A stretch of 64,000 bases of DNA from IMG/VR virus record IMGVR_UViG_3300015608_004663; one strand, given 5' to 3'. Each line of letters starts with the position of its first letter. Positions within the stretch are counted from its first letter, which is position 1. Origin of the DNA: an uncultured virus (IMG/VR IMGVR_UViG_3300015608_004663) (Duplodnaviria; Heunggongvirae; Uroviricota; Caudoviricetes). The translations under genes and the position numbers were made by a program. Below the pieces are notes generated by a model. That model had not been told where the DNA came from. It saw only the letters and a list, made by a program, of their open reading frames with translations, and made no database searches. Shown in pieces: positions 51,008 to 59,291 of this stretch.

Positions 51008-51377
51008 ATCGAGCTGCTCAGTCAATCGAGAGTCGCAGAGCTTGTGCAAAAAAGCAATCAGCTCTGAGGAAAGTCCGAGCTTCACAGAGCGTAGCGCTAG
51101 CTAACAGCTAGTCAGAGCAATCTGAAGAACGTGCAACAGAAAGCAAACAGCCGAAGTCTTCAAGACTGGCAATGGTGAAACGGTGCGGTAAGAGCGCACC
51201 ATGTCACTGGTGACAGTGACAGTTTGGTAACTCCGCTAGAAGCAAGATCGCGCAGAGAGTGATGATGCTGCTCGCGTAGCTCTCGGGTAGATCGCTAGAG
51301 CGATGCAGTGATGCATCGCCAAGACAAATGACTCTCTAACAACAGAACTCGGCTTATGATTGACTGAGCAGCTCGAT
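51008..51377 (+). ncRNA. rnpB: Ribonuclease P RNA, bacterial type A
   Basis: GAGGAAAGTCCGAGC (51066), GTGCAACAGAAAGCAAA, GGTGAAACGGTGCGGTAAGAGCGCACC, ACAGAACTCGGCTTAT; perfect 20-bp P1 (51008-51027/51358-51377); P2 GAGAGTC/GACTCTC; P8 CTAGC/GCTAG; P9, P14 and P18 hairpins with GNRA loops; GGT in L15. Confidence 0.97.
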
Positions 51378-51381
51378 CAGA

Positions 51382-52125
51382 TCAGCGAGCAAATGAATTT
51401 TTCATGATAGATCTTGAATCCCACCGCGATCCTGGCTGGAAGCTCTTTGAAACGATCTTGTATCGTGCGATAAGAGCATTTTCTCTGCAGAGCTTGATGT
51501 AAGCTCCCTCTCTCTGATCTATTGCAGAGTAAGCTGATTTTCCCTCTCGGTGTGAGATGACAATAGATTTAAACTGCTCTAAATTTGGGATCGTTTTCGT
51601 GCAGAGCAAGCCATGAACCACTGAAAACCCTGATTTTTGCAGGGCTTCTCTAGCAGAGATAGAATCAATGAAGTGGCGCTCAGACGGGATCCAAACATCA
51701 TACGCTAAAAACACATCTGGCAGCGCATTGTACTTGATAGAGTGACAAGCGAACAACCACTCTCCGTACACAACGACTCTTTCTCCTAAAAGCTGAGCGA
51801 GTGATTCAAACAGCGCTTTGCGCTGGTACATCCACGTCCATAAAGAAGAGAATTGCATCTTTGCAGGCGTCTTAGCGCTGAAGCTCTTTCTCAAGAAGTG
51901 ATTTCTGTTTCTTGCGATCGGTTGATCTTGCTCATCAAAAGCTACGCCAAGATTTGCACCGTCAACTTTCTCTTCGATCTGGAGAGAGTCGCAGCTAGAG
52001 AGCGCTTGCTTGATCTCATCTTCACTAGCGATCAGATCATCACGACTGGTGTTTGCTTCCCATGGAAGGTGCTTAGTGCGCGGGAAATCAAAGATCTCTA
52101 CTTTTGTCACAGCAGACATGATCAA
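51382..52125 (-). CDS. RNA ligase family protein (ATP-dependent, Rnl2-type nucleotidyltransferase domain)
   Basis: FPRTKHLPW, EEKVDGANLG, YGEWLFACHSIKY, FLAYDV, REGAYIK, RYKIV. Confidence 0.9.
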   Translation of the reverse strand: MIMSAVTKVEIFDFPRTKHLPWEANTSRDDLIASEDEIKQALSSCDSLQIEEKVDGANLGVAFDEQDQPIARNRNHFLRKSFSAKTPAKMQFSSLWTWMYQRKALFESLAQLLGERVVVYGEWLFACHSIKYNALPDVFLAYDVWIPSERHFIDSISAREALQKSGFSVVHGLLCTKTIPNLEQFKSIVISHREGKSAYSAIDQREGAYIKLCRENALIARYKIVSKSFQPGSRWDSRSIMKNSFAR

Positions 52126-52246
52126 ACCTCATTTCACACAAGCTCTCTTGATCATCAGCGCGAGAGCTCGATCGATCGCTTCTTTTATCAGATCTTTCAG
52201 ATGTTTCGCGCTCAGCACAGTGACTCCTTTTTGGCGCTCGCTCAGA

Positions 52247-52840
52247 TCACTTGAGTCGAATGACTAGCTCTCTGCTCGAAGACGGCGCCCAACCGCTTGT
52301 TGACGCTGCCCAGCCTGCGGTCAGCAGCCTTGATGCAAGCTGAGATGCATCTATAGCGCTCTTCGCTGCTTGAGCGTCTCTACTTGTCCATCTGGTCTTG
52401 TCGCGAGCGCTGACGAAGTTGCCAGGGCCGATCTTGATCTCGCTGCGCCGCCTGCGCAGAAGATCTGCGATCTGCTCGATCGCTCGCTCAGTCGCGCCAG
52501 AAGATCTTAACTCAGATTCAACAGTGCTTATCACGCTCTCATCTGCGCTGTCGCTCACAACTCTTGATCTGACGCTTGGCAACACGACGCTGTCGCTGGT
52601 CGCGATCCACGCCGCGCTCGCTGGATCGAACTTCAGCTCAGCGGGTGAACCAGGTTCACCCGCGTAGTGCTTACCGCCCTTATCAACTGCGATCACGAAA
52701 TTTGGGTGCTGCTGCAGCAGCTTCATAGCTGATTTTCTAAGTGGCGTCACAAGCTTCCCGCTTCTTGGATCCCACAGCTCCAACCGAGACTCGCTGATCA
52801 CCGTCTCTTTGATCAATTCTCTGATCATTCTTAAGCTCAT
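52247..52840 (-). CDS. Putative internal head protein; paralog of 53093..53764
   Basis: Leader LRMIRELIKETVISE; shared domain DP...LL...P...D..G..YAGEPGSPAELKF. Confidence 0.65.
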   Translation of the reverse strand: MSLRMIRELIKETVISESRLELWDPRSGKLVTPLRKSAMKLLQQHPNFVIAVDKGGKHYAGEPGSPAELKFDPASAAWIATSDSVVLPSVRSRVVSDSADESVISTVESELRSSGATERAIEQIADLLRRRRSEIKIGPGNFVSARDKTRWTSRDAQAAKSAIDASQLASRLLTAGWAASTSGWAPSSSRELVIRLK

Positions 52841-53092
52841 GCAAGTTAAGTATAGGCTTCAGATCAAGCGACGCTCTCGACATTTTTGCAGGGCGCTCGC
52901 GATCAAAAAGCGCGGCGCCGACCAGTGAAATCATCATTATGAAAAATCAGAGCAAGCAAAAACATCTAAGTGATCTGTGGGAGCGATCTCGCAATCAAGA
53001 TCGCAAAGATCTAGAAAAGAGCTGATCGAGCACGGTGCACTCTGATTCAGATCTTCTCAAATTTATAAGATTCTTATCTGTTACGCGCTAGC

Positions 53093-53764
53093 TCAAGCGA
53101 GCCTTAACATAGCAGCTTTCACAGCTGCTCGCTCAGCGCGAGTGCCGTGATCGATCACGTCTTCTACGCAGCCATTAGCGATCAGATCGTCTGCAGACTG
53201 CTCACCTGGATTCAGCTCTGGGATCGAAGCGATCGCTCTCGCTGCTAGCTGCTTACACTTATAAAAGATCTCAAGTCGCGCGTCTTCTGCTGCTTCTGTC
53301 TTCGGTTTTGGACCAAAGAGAGCGATGATGTCAGCTCTTGTCGGTCGCTCATCGAGCTCCGTCTTATCTGATTCAAGCTGCAGCAGGTGATCGCGAGCTG
53401 CCGCAGCTTGCAGCGCTTGCAACTTAGCGCCAGTGATAGCTCCACGCGGGATGCGCACGTCACTGTATGTGCCATCGATCCACTGTGGTTCTGTGTATCT
53501 GCCAGTCGGCCGGCCACCGCCACCAAAGATCGGCTTCGGTCCCCATTTCAAACAAGCTGGCATGCCAGGGTGCCCAGCGAACCATGCGCCAGAGCTGTCT
53601 CTGACAACTGCGAGATCTGGCTCTCTTGTCAGAAGCAACCGAGCGTGAGCTTCTGACGCGGGACGCTCCTCACTCAGAGTTGGATCAAACACTGTCACGC
53701 TCTCTGAGAAGAGGGCTTCAGAGATCAGCTGTCTCAGCAGTGATGTACTATCTTTTCTTCGCAT
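53093..53764 (-). CDS. Putative internal head protein; paralog of 52247..52840
   Basis: Leader LLRQLISEALFSE; FAGHPGMPACLKW. Confidence 0.65.
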   Translation of the reverse strand: MRRKDSTSLLRQLISEALFSESVTVFDPTLSEERPASEAHARLLLTREPDLAVVRDSSGAWFAGHPGMPACLKWGPKPIFGGGGRPTGRYTEPQWIDGTYSDVRIPRGAITGAKLQALQAAAARDHLLQLESDKTELDERPTRADIIALFGPKPKTEAAEDARLEIFYKCKQLAARAIASIPELNPGEQSADDLIANGCVEDVIDHGTRAERAAVKAAMLRLA

Positions 53765-53776
53765 CTTTTAACCTCT

Positions 53777-54004
53777 CTATCGCTTCGCTAGCCAGCGAGC
53801 GGAGTATCTCGCTGCATCAAGCGCAGCTTTTAAACCTTCAACGCCAACTTTGTGAAAATCAAGTGAGTCGCTGTTCTGTGAGCGAAGACTCTTGATACGC
53901 AAGTGATGTTTTGCGATCTTTTCAAGAACGTTCAGCGGCGCGACACTAGTGTCTACTGCTTCTCTGATGATCGTCTTAAGCGAATTTAACGTGTCTGTCT
54001 TCAT
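53777..54004 (-). CDS. DUF6900-like domain protein with L-x-x-II-x-E leader
   Basis: LEKIAKHHLRIKSLRSQNSDSLDFHKVGVEGLKAALDAA; leader LKTIIREAV. Confidence 0.7.
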   Translation of the reverse strand: MKTDTLNSLKTIIREAVDTSVAPLNVLEKIAKHHLRIKSLRSQNSDSLDFHKVGVEGLKAALDAARYSARWLAKR

Positions 54005-54049
54005 ACCGTCTACCGTGCAGAGTAACTATCAGATCTGTTCAGATCTAGA

Positions 54050-54442
54050 TCACAGATCTAAAACAACGGCTCTCTCACGCCAGTCTCTCGCGCCTGGCAT
54101 CTCGTGCTCAAACCCAATGCGCTTCAAGACAGAGAACTGCTCAGCAGTGAGCAGATCAGCGCGCTTGATCTTGATCTGCTCAGCACTGTGCTCTATCGCC
54201 CACTGCGTCAGCAGATCGACTGCTTCACTGATGTCAGCTTGTTCACCGATCATCTCAAGTCGAACGACGATAGAATCATCAGCGCTCTTGTGAAATGCGC
54301 ACTGAAACGATCTCGCAGCGCCCCACTTGATCTTTGGATAGTTTGTGCAAGACAGCGCATTGCGACCGTGAATGACAATCTCTGGCGCGCTGTCAATCTC
54401 TTCTTGTGCGATCTCTGTGATCAGTCTGTATAAAAGCGTCAT
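54050..54442 (-). CDS. Hypothetical protein with LLYRLITE leader; weak GNAT-like C-terminus
   Basis: LLTQWAIEHSAEQIKI...VLKRIGFE. Confidence 0.6.
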   Translation of the reverse strand: MTLLYRLITEIAQEEIDSAPEIVIHGRNALSCTNYPKIKWGAARSFQCAFHKSADDSIVVRLEMIGEQADISEAVDLLTQWAIEHSAEQIKIKRADLLTAEQFSVLKRIGFEHEMPGARDWRERAVVLDL

Positions 54443-54512
54443 GTTTTCAGTTCGCTATCGCGTCTCTCTGACACTCATAAATATCTGTTCGCAGCAGATC
54501 TTTGTCTTGACT

Positions 54513-54542
54513 GTGCATCTTATTTCACTGTCGTGATATGAT
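54513..54542 (+). promoter_or_regulatory. Putative early promoter GTGCAT-N18-TATGAT
   Basis: The -10 box lies 6 nt upstream of the ATG at 54549. Confidence 0.65.
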
Positions 54543-54548
54543 CATCAC

Positions 54549-54590
54549 ATGATTGAAGAGCTGCCTGGCGATCTTTGGGTTAGTGACTGA
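54549..54590 (+). pseudogene. Truncated PGDL-family gene
   Basis: MIEELPGDLWVSD followed by TGA. Confidence 0.5.
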
Positions 54591-54619
54591 AGACTGATCA
54601 CCATAAAAGATGGAAACTC

Positions 54620-54844
54620 TTGAATAAGATTAAACAAACAAAGCCTGGTGATCTCTACGCATTCACTGACCAAGATCGCCATGGTTATTGTGGATACGCA
54701 GACGCTGTGCTGATCGTGTTTGTTGAAGATAATGATAAGCTTGCTCTCACCGCCTGCCGTGTTTCTGCCACTCTGACAAACAGTGATATTTACGCGCGAA
54801 CTTCTTATGGCCTCATTCTCAGAGATCGTGTTAAGCTGATATGA
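54620..54844 (+). CDS. PGDL-family small protein
   Basis: TKPGDLYAF...VLIVFVE. Confidence 0.65.
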   Translation: MNKIKQTKPGDLYAFTDQDRHGYCGYADAVLIVFVEDNDKLALTACRVSATLTNSDIYARTSYGLILRDRVKLI

Positions 54845-55048
54845 CACAGAAGCGACTAGATTCTTAAACTTGTTAAGTTGCAGAGAAATCGCATGCGTCT
54901 CTCTGAGAAGAGCGCAACTTTGAAAGAAGCGCACTGTTTTGAGACTCTTCTGCTCTCTAAGATCTATGATGACATAGGCGCGTTTAAGAACGCGAGCTCT
55001 GTCTTCTGATGTTGTGCAATCTTTCACAAATAGAGATATGATCTGATC

Positions 55049-55243
55049 ATGTCGACAAGACACAACTTCGAAGCCAATCTGCGGGCAGGAGATGTTTTTT
55101 ATGGATCTTGGAGTCGCGCCATCGACTTGATATTGATCATCTCAACTGGACGCCATAGCGCGCTCGTTGTGAAAGCAAACGCCGCGCAGTGTGACATCAA
55201 AGATGTCTACTATTCAGCTATTTACGTTAGAAAGAGACTGTAA
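55049..55243 (+). CDS. PGDL-family small protein
   Basis: LRAGDVFYG...LILIIS. Confidence 0.6.
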   Translation: MSTRHNFEANLRAGDVFYGSWSRAIDLILIISTGRHSALVVKANAAQCDIKDVYYSAIYVRKRL

Positions 55244-55464
55244 TGTCAGATTCACAAGGCGCAGAAGAGAGCGATCAGACAGTCTTCGCTGGTGATTTGA
55301 TGTCGCGCGGTTCTGATCTGGGCTTCGCGATCTCGTGTGACTGCAGCATCATCTTGTACGCTGAGAGCAATCTGACTGACGCTTTTCACTTAGCAGTGTT
55401 CAGCTTTCACTGCTGGAGCTTTTTTTCAGATCATTTTGATCTCATAGAGCGAGCTAGCTCATGA
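55243..55464 (+). CDS. PGDL-family small protein
   Basis: VFAGDLMSR...GFAISC; TAATG overlap with the previous gene. Confidence 0.55.
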   Translation: MSDSQGAEESDQTVFAGDLMSRGSDLGFAISCDCSIILYAESNLTDAFHLAVFSFHCWSFFSDHFDLIERASS

Positions 55465-55574
55465 CAGGCTAGCGGAGACTTGCTACCTGACTGTTACGCA
55501 TCAGCGACAGATCTCTTGATAACTGCTGATCTCAGCGACGATTCACTTGCATCGCAAGGTCAATTCTGACGCAA

Positions 55575-55830
55575 GAATTCTCGGGAATCTCGTGAGACAG
55601 AGTGACCGAATCAGGCGACGAAAAATCTCGGGAAATTTTTTGTGAACAGCGGCTTGAACTGAACGGCGAGAATCTCGGGAATTTGTGCGCAGCCCAGGGC
55701 ACACCCGACCGCCCTCGAGAGCCCTATACATGTTGGCCAGCCCCAGCCCCCCGTTTTATGGGGCCTTTTATGGCCCTTGTTATGGGGCCCCTCTGTGGGC
55801 TTGCTGGGAAAGACAAAGGGGGGGCCTGCA
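55575..55830. repeat. Non-coding element: three TCTCGGGAA boxes at 47-bp period, then TTATGG(GG)CC repeats and C/G tracts
   Basis: Boxes start at 55579, 55626 and 55673; ttatggggcc/ttatggccc/ttatggggcccc follow; G-tracts up to G7. Confidence 0.75.
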
Positions 55831-55978
55831 ACTAGCAGTGTCGAAGCAACTTCAGCGTTGCGCTCGCGTCGCAAGTCCTCTTGATACTGGGTCTGAAAGT
55901 CAGCGATGAAGCGCAGCGGGTCTTCAGTGCGGCGCAGGATGCTCTTGCAAATCGGCGAGGATAGCTCAGCAGAGACGA

Positions 55979-56173
55979 TCAGGAATTAGCATTAGATGAT
56001 CTCTTCTCAGCATTCCACTGTCGCTGCGCGATCGCTGTGTTGAGTTGCTGCTGACGCAGGTGCACATCCCAGCAATATGTGCAGTAGCCCGGTTTTGGCT
56101 TAGCTGCACCCACAGGGCCGTAGGGTGTATTACATGAGCTGCAGATGTAGCGAGGTCGCTGTGGTGTAGTCAT
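55979..56173 (-). CDS. Small Zn-finger protein
   Basis: CSSC...CTYC. Confidence 0.6.
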   Translation of the reverse strand: MTTPQRPRYICSSCNTPYGPVGAAKPKPGYCTYCWDVHLRQQQLNTAIAQRQWNAEKRSSNANS

Positions 56174-56213
56174 TGGATCACTTTGTGTTTCTTCAGAACG
56201 GCGAACATCACCG

Positions 56214-56429
56214 TCACAGCGACAGCAGATGCGCTAAGAGCGGATTGACTGCGTTAAGCGCACAGCTACCCTCGATCACGAGCTTGCCATCGCGCTCAAT
56301 CACGCCTGTTACATCACCGATAAGTGGATCCGTGTCGTCATCAGCGGCTGAGGTGCTCTCAAGTTGCACGGTCGCTGAGCCAGGTATCTTTGACTGCTGC
56401 AAGAGCGAAATCAGTTGATCTTTGGTCAT
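56214..56429 (-). CDS. Hypothetical protein
   Basis: aagga RBS; MTKDQLISLLQQ... Confidence 0.6.
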   Translation of the reverse strand: MTKDQLISLLQQSKIPGSATVQLESTSAADDDTDPLIGDVTGVIERDGKLVIEGSCALNAVNPLLAHLLSL

Positions 56430-56453
56430 CGTGTCATCCTTTCAGCGCAGAGA

Positions 56454-56666
56454 TCACCTCTTTACCCTAGAGATCAGCCTCATGTTGAAGAACGGTTTGT
56501 AGCAGTGAATTGTCGCCGATGCGCTTGCGTCTCTATCATCTGATCGAGCGCAAATGTACAAGACGTCTGCTCCATCACCAGAATCGTGAGTGATGCACAA
56601 GACAAGTCCTCAGCTTGGCCGCGGCGATCGCAGCAAGTCACCTGGGTTTGTCGGCTCTTCTCTCAT
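56454..56666 (-). pseudogene. PGDL-family gene with in-frame TGA
   Basis: MREEPTNPGDLLRSPRPS*GLVLCITHDSGDGADVLYIC...; stop at 56610-56612 in an otherwise full-length 70-codon frame. Confidence 0.65.
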
Positions 56667-57176
56667 TGTTTCGCTCTGTCCCAAGCATCTGCTAAAGATC
56701 TAGCCTCGATGAGGCGTTGCTTTGACGCAATGAGCTGCTGCGACAAGCAGATGATCGCTGGTCAGAAAATCTGACTCACTCCAGCTCACTCATTTGAGTC
56801 TCGATCTTGCTCACGACAGTCAACGTTAGCAAGATCGCTAGCGGCAGCAGACACCAGACAGCTGCGACTCCACTAAGATACATCATCAGACCAAGAGTAA
56901 TAGCTAGAGCACAGGCTACGTAGAAAACTGGTTGCATCTGTTCACCTCACTGTCATCATCACGCCAGGTTGCTTCTCAAAGTCAAGACGCATGCGCGCCG
57001 TGAGCTGTTGCAGCGCTCATAACGTGCTAGACCGGTCTAGACGTCGTATACGAGGTGCTACGAGGCCTCCCGCGCCGTTGCGGCCAGGCGGTTGTCCGGC
57101 GCCTTGGGCTCGAAGATCATCAGGTAGCCATCAACCGGCGTGTTGTTGGCCATCACCGTGTTCCACGTGTGCGAGA

Positions 57177-57383
57177 TCACCAGCGGCAGGTTCGATGTGA
57201 ACTGCTCGATGCAACCAAGCCGTATCCTCGTATGCAACGAGGACATTTCACGCGCTCGACAGTGAACGTACCAATGCGGTCAGCCCACTGACAGCGCTCA
57301 ATTTCTCCTGATTGGAAGCCAATCCAAGCGTGACACGTATCACACTGCACACGTCTGTATTCAGGTTCAAGTATTACTGGCAT
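57177..57383 (-). CDS. Small Zn-ribbon protein
   Basis: CDTC...CPRC; ggaggg RBS. Confidence 0.65.
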   Translation of the reverse strand: MPVILEPEYRRVQCDTCHAWIGFQSGEIERCQWADRIGTFTVERVKCPRCIRGYGLVASSSSHRTCRW

Positions 57384-57567
57384 TGTTCCCTCCTCTCTGT
57401 CCTCGACTGTACTTGGTAGTCAAGATCTTCAAGCAACAAAAGCTGCTCTGGCGCCTGCGCGTTGCTCAGTCGTAGCTGTTTGGTACTTCTTCATGATCTT
57501 GCCTCACAGTGTTTGTTGCGCGCATCTCAGTCAAGCGCGCTTCACAGTCCACGCGCTGCAAATTGCG

Positions 57568-57780
57568 TCACTCTAGACAAGTTAGATTCACGATGCCAGC
57601 TTCACTCATGATCTCGCTCTTGATGCTGAGTGTGTTAGCTCGCTCAGAGAAAAAATCAGCGACGATGATCTGAACTGCCTGCTTGGCGACGGCGGCGCAG
57701 ATGAACATGTCAATCGTTTTGATCGTTGTGTGTCTGAGCAGCAGATCACCTGGTGCTGCGATCGATCGGTCACTGCGCAC
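57568..57780 (-). CDS. PGDL-family small protein
   Basis: AAPGDLLLRH...MFICAAV. Confidence 0.65.
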   Translation of the reverse strand: MRSDRSIAAPGDLLLRHTTIKTIDMFICAAVAKQAVQIIVADFFSERANTLSIKSEIMSEAGIVNLTCLE

Positions 57781-58006
57781 TGGAGATCCTCCCTAGCCAC
57801 TCTGTGGCTGTGTCGATCTGCACGATCTTTGTGCTGATCATGATTGGGTTGCGATCTGCTTTCAGCAGATCTTGAGGCTTCGTTTTAAGAAACAGGTAAA
57901 ACATACCTGAGTGACCGATAGCAAAGTACAAGCTGATGGTTCCGTCTTTCCAAGATCGCCAGAAAAGCTCGCCAGGTTTAGAGACGCTTGCACATTGATC
58001 GCGCAT
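57770..58006 (-). CDS. PGDL-family small protein
   Basis: SKPGELFWR...LYFAIG. Confidence 0.65.
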   Translation of the reverse strand: MRDQCASVSKPGELFWRSWKDGTISLYFAIGHSGMFYLFLKTKPQDLLKADRNPIMISTKIVQIDTATEWLGRISSAQ

Positions 58007-58007
58007 T

Positions 58008-58223
58008 TCACTCTGCCCACAGTCTAGTCATCACCTGCCGCTGAAGCATGTGGTTGATCTGCTGCAGCGAGATCTGCGAGATGCTGAGCAAGATCGTGTC
58101 GTCTTCGTAAGACATCATCAAAGTTTTTGCAGTAGCATCATCGCAGTGCACGACAATGTGCAAGATCTTCGTACTTGGAAACCACGCGCGAGAAAAAAGA
58201 GCACCTGGAGCGTTCTTGTGCAT
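58008..58223 (-). CDS. PGDL-family small protein
   Basis: NAPGALFSR...LHIVVH. Confidence 0.65.
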   Translation of the reverse strand: MHKNAPGALFSRAWFPSTKILHIVVHCDDATAKTLMMSYEDDTILLSISQISLQQINHMLQRQVMTRLWAE

Positions 58224-58226
58224 TTG

Positions 58227-58435
58227 CTATTCTCTGCAAGCTGATTGTACTGCAGCTCGCTGTGACATTTCACTGAGCTTGATGAAAAAGTCTGGGTGAT
58301 TCAGCTGCGAGATAACTGTCGATCCATCAATATCTGTGAAGATGCCCAGCGCTGCTCGATCTGAGCAGTCAGCAAGAATCAAGCAAAACGTCGCTGCGCC
58401 GAACAGCAACAGAGTGCGCTTCTGCAGCAGATCAC
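58227..58435 (-). CDS. PGDL-family small protein, 5' end in assembly gap
   Basis: Sequence resumes at gt-GAT-CTG-CTG (DLLQKR...FCLILAD). Confidence 0.55.
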
Positions 58436-58466
58436 NNNNNNNNNNNNNNNNNNNNNNNNNNNNNNA

Positions 58467-58678
58467 CTCCATAGCAAGCCATGATCTGGTGGGTCGTACA
58501 CTGCGCTAAAGATCGCGCACCGAACATCACTCTAGATCATGATCGATGACATGATTTTGTCTTCACCAGTCACAGAGTGCAAGCAGAGTGTCATTATCGA
58601 AATGTTGCAATCATACTTGAAATAATACAAATCGCCCGGCGACATCCGCCGCGCTTGCTTGGTGTCATCCGCGCTCAT
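58467..58678 (-). pseudogene. PGDL-family gene with probable premature TAG
   Basis: MSADD...MSPGDLYYF...SIMI*SDVRCAIFSAVYD...; the frame continues past the TAG at 58532. Confidence 0.5.
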
Positions 58679-58874
58679 TGCACCACCACAGAAAACTGTG
58701 ACGTGATTTTGAGGCTGATGCGTGCACAGCACCAAAAGAGATCACATCATCGCTATAAACAGTCATCGAGCGAAGCGTGTCAGAAGTTTCACTCCACAAG
58801 CAAACTGTGATAGCGCAAAGTCCAAGGCTGCGGTGAACTAGCAGATCACCCGGTGATGCCCTGCGATCAATCAT
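58665..58874 (-). CDS. PGDL-family small protein
   Basis: ASPGDLLVH...ITVCLW. Confidence 0.7.
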   Translation of the reverse strand: MIDRRASPGDLLVHRSLGLCAITVCLWSETSDTLRSMTVYSDDVISFGAVHASASKSRHSFLWWCNERG

Positions 58875-59089
58875 TCAAACCTCCAGTTAGCGTCAGCGTG
58901 CTGCGCTTTTCGCTCGCTCCATTCTGGAGCATTCTGATCTTCACATCTTGAGCATCNNNNNNNNNNNNNNNNNNNNNNNNNNNNNNNNNNNNNNNNNNNN
59001 NNNNNNNNNNNNNNNNNNNNNNNNNNNNNNNNNNNNNATCTGAACAGCAGATCACCAGGCTTTGCGCTCAAATCACTCACGACTGGCAT
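58871..59089 (-). CDS. PGDL-family small protein spanning an assembly gap
   Basis: AKPGDLLFR, then N gap 58957-59037. Confidence 0.55.
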   Translation of the reverse strand: MPVVSDLSAKPGDLLFRXXXXXXXXXXXXXXXXXXXXXXXXXXXXCSRCEDQNAPEWSERKAQHADANWRFE

Positions 59090-59270
59090 CTTTCGCAGCA
59101 GTTAGTCGCAGAAACCCGCGCTGGAGCCACTCTTCGCGCAGCACCATGATTTCTGGAAAGTTTGCAGAGCAAGCAATCACATGGAACTCAGACGTGAAGC
59201 AGAGAGCGATCCGCGCATTGCTGCTTGCGTCTACAAACAGATCACCGGGTGTGTACTTCTGCGATTTCAT
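59073..59270 (-). CDS. PGDL-family small protein
   Basis: YTPGDLFVD...IALCF. Confidence 0.7.
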   Translation of the reverse strand: MKSQKYTPGDLFVDASSNARIALCFTSEFHVIACSANFPEIMVLREEWLQRGFLRLTAAKDASRE

Positions 59271-59291
59271 GACATCACTTTGCCTTGCTCT

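Noticed and set aside
54545..55063. 172-aa minus-strand ORF
   Set aside because: It lies antisense to plus-strand PGDL genes that have a promoter and the family motif; probably a shadow ORF.
55575..55720. Mini-CRISPR array from the 47-bp periodic boxes
   Set aside because: The conserved part is only about 9-11 bp, the intervening sequences are partly similar to each other, and no cas genes are nearby.
55543..55909. Short ORFs predicted over the GC-rich element
   Set aside because: Four mutually overlapping frames with low-complexity Pro/Gly translations that derive from the DNA repeats; more plausibly non-coding.
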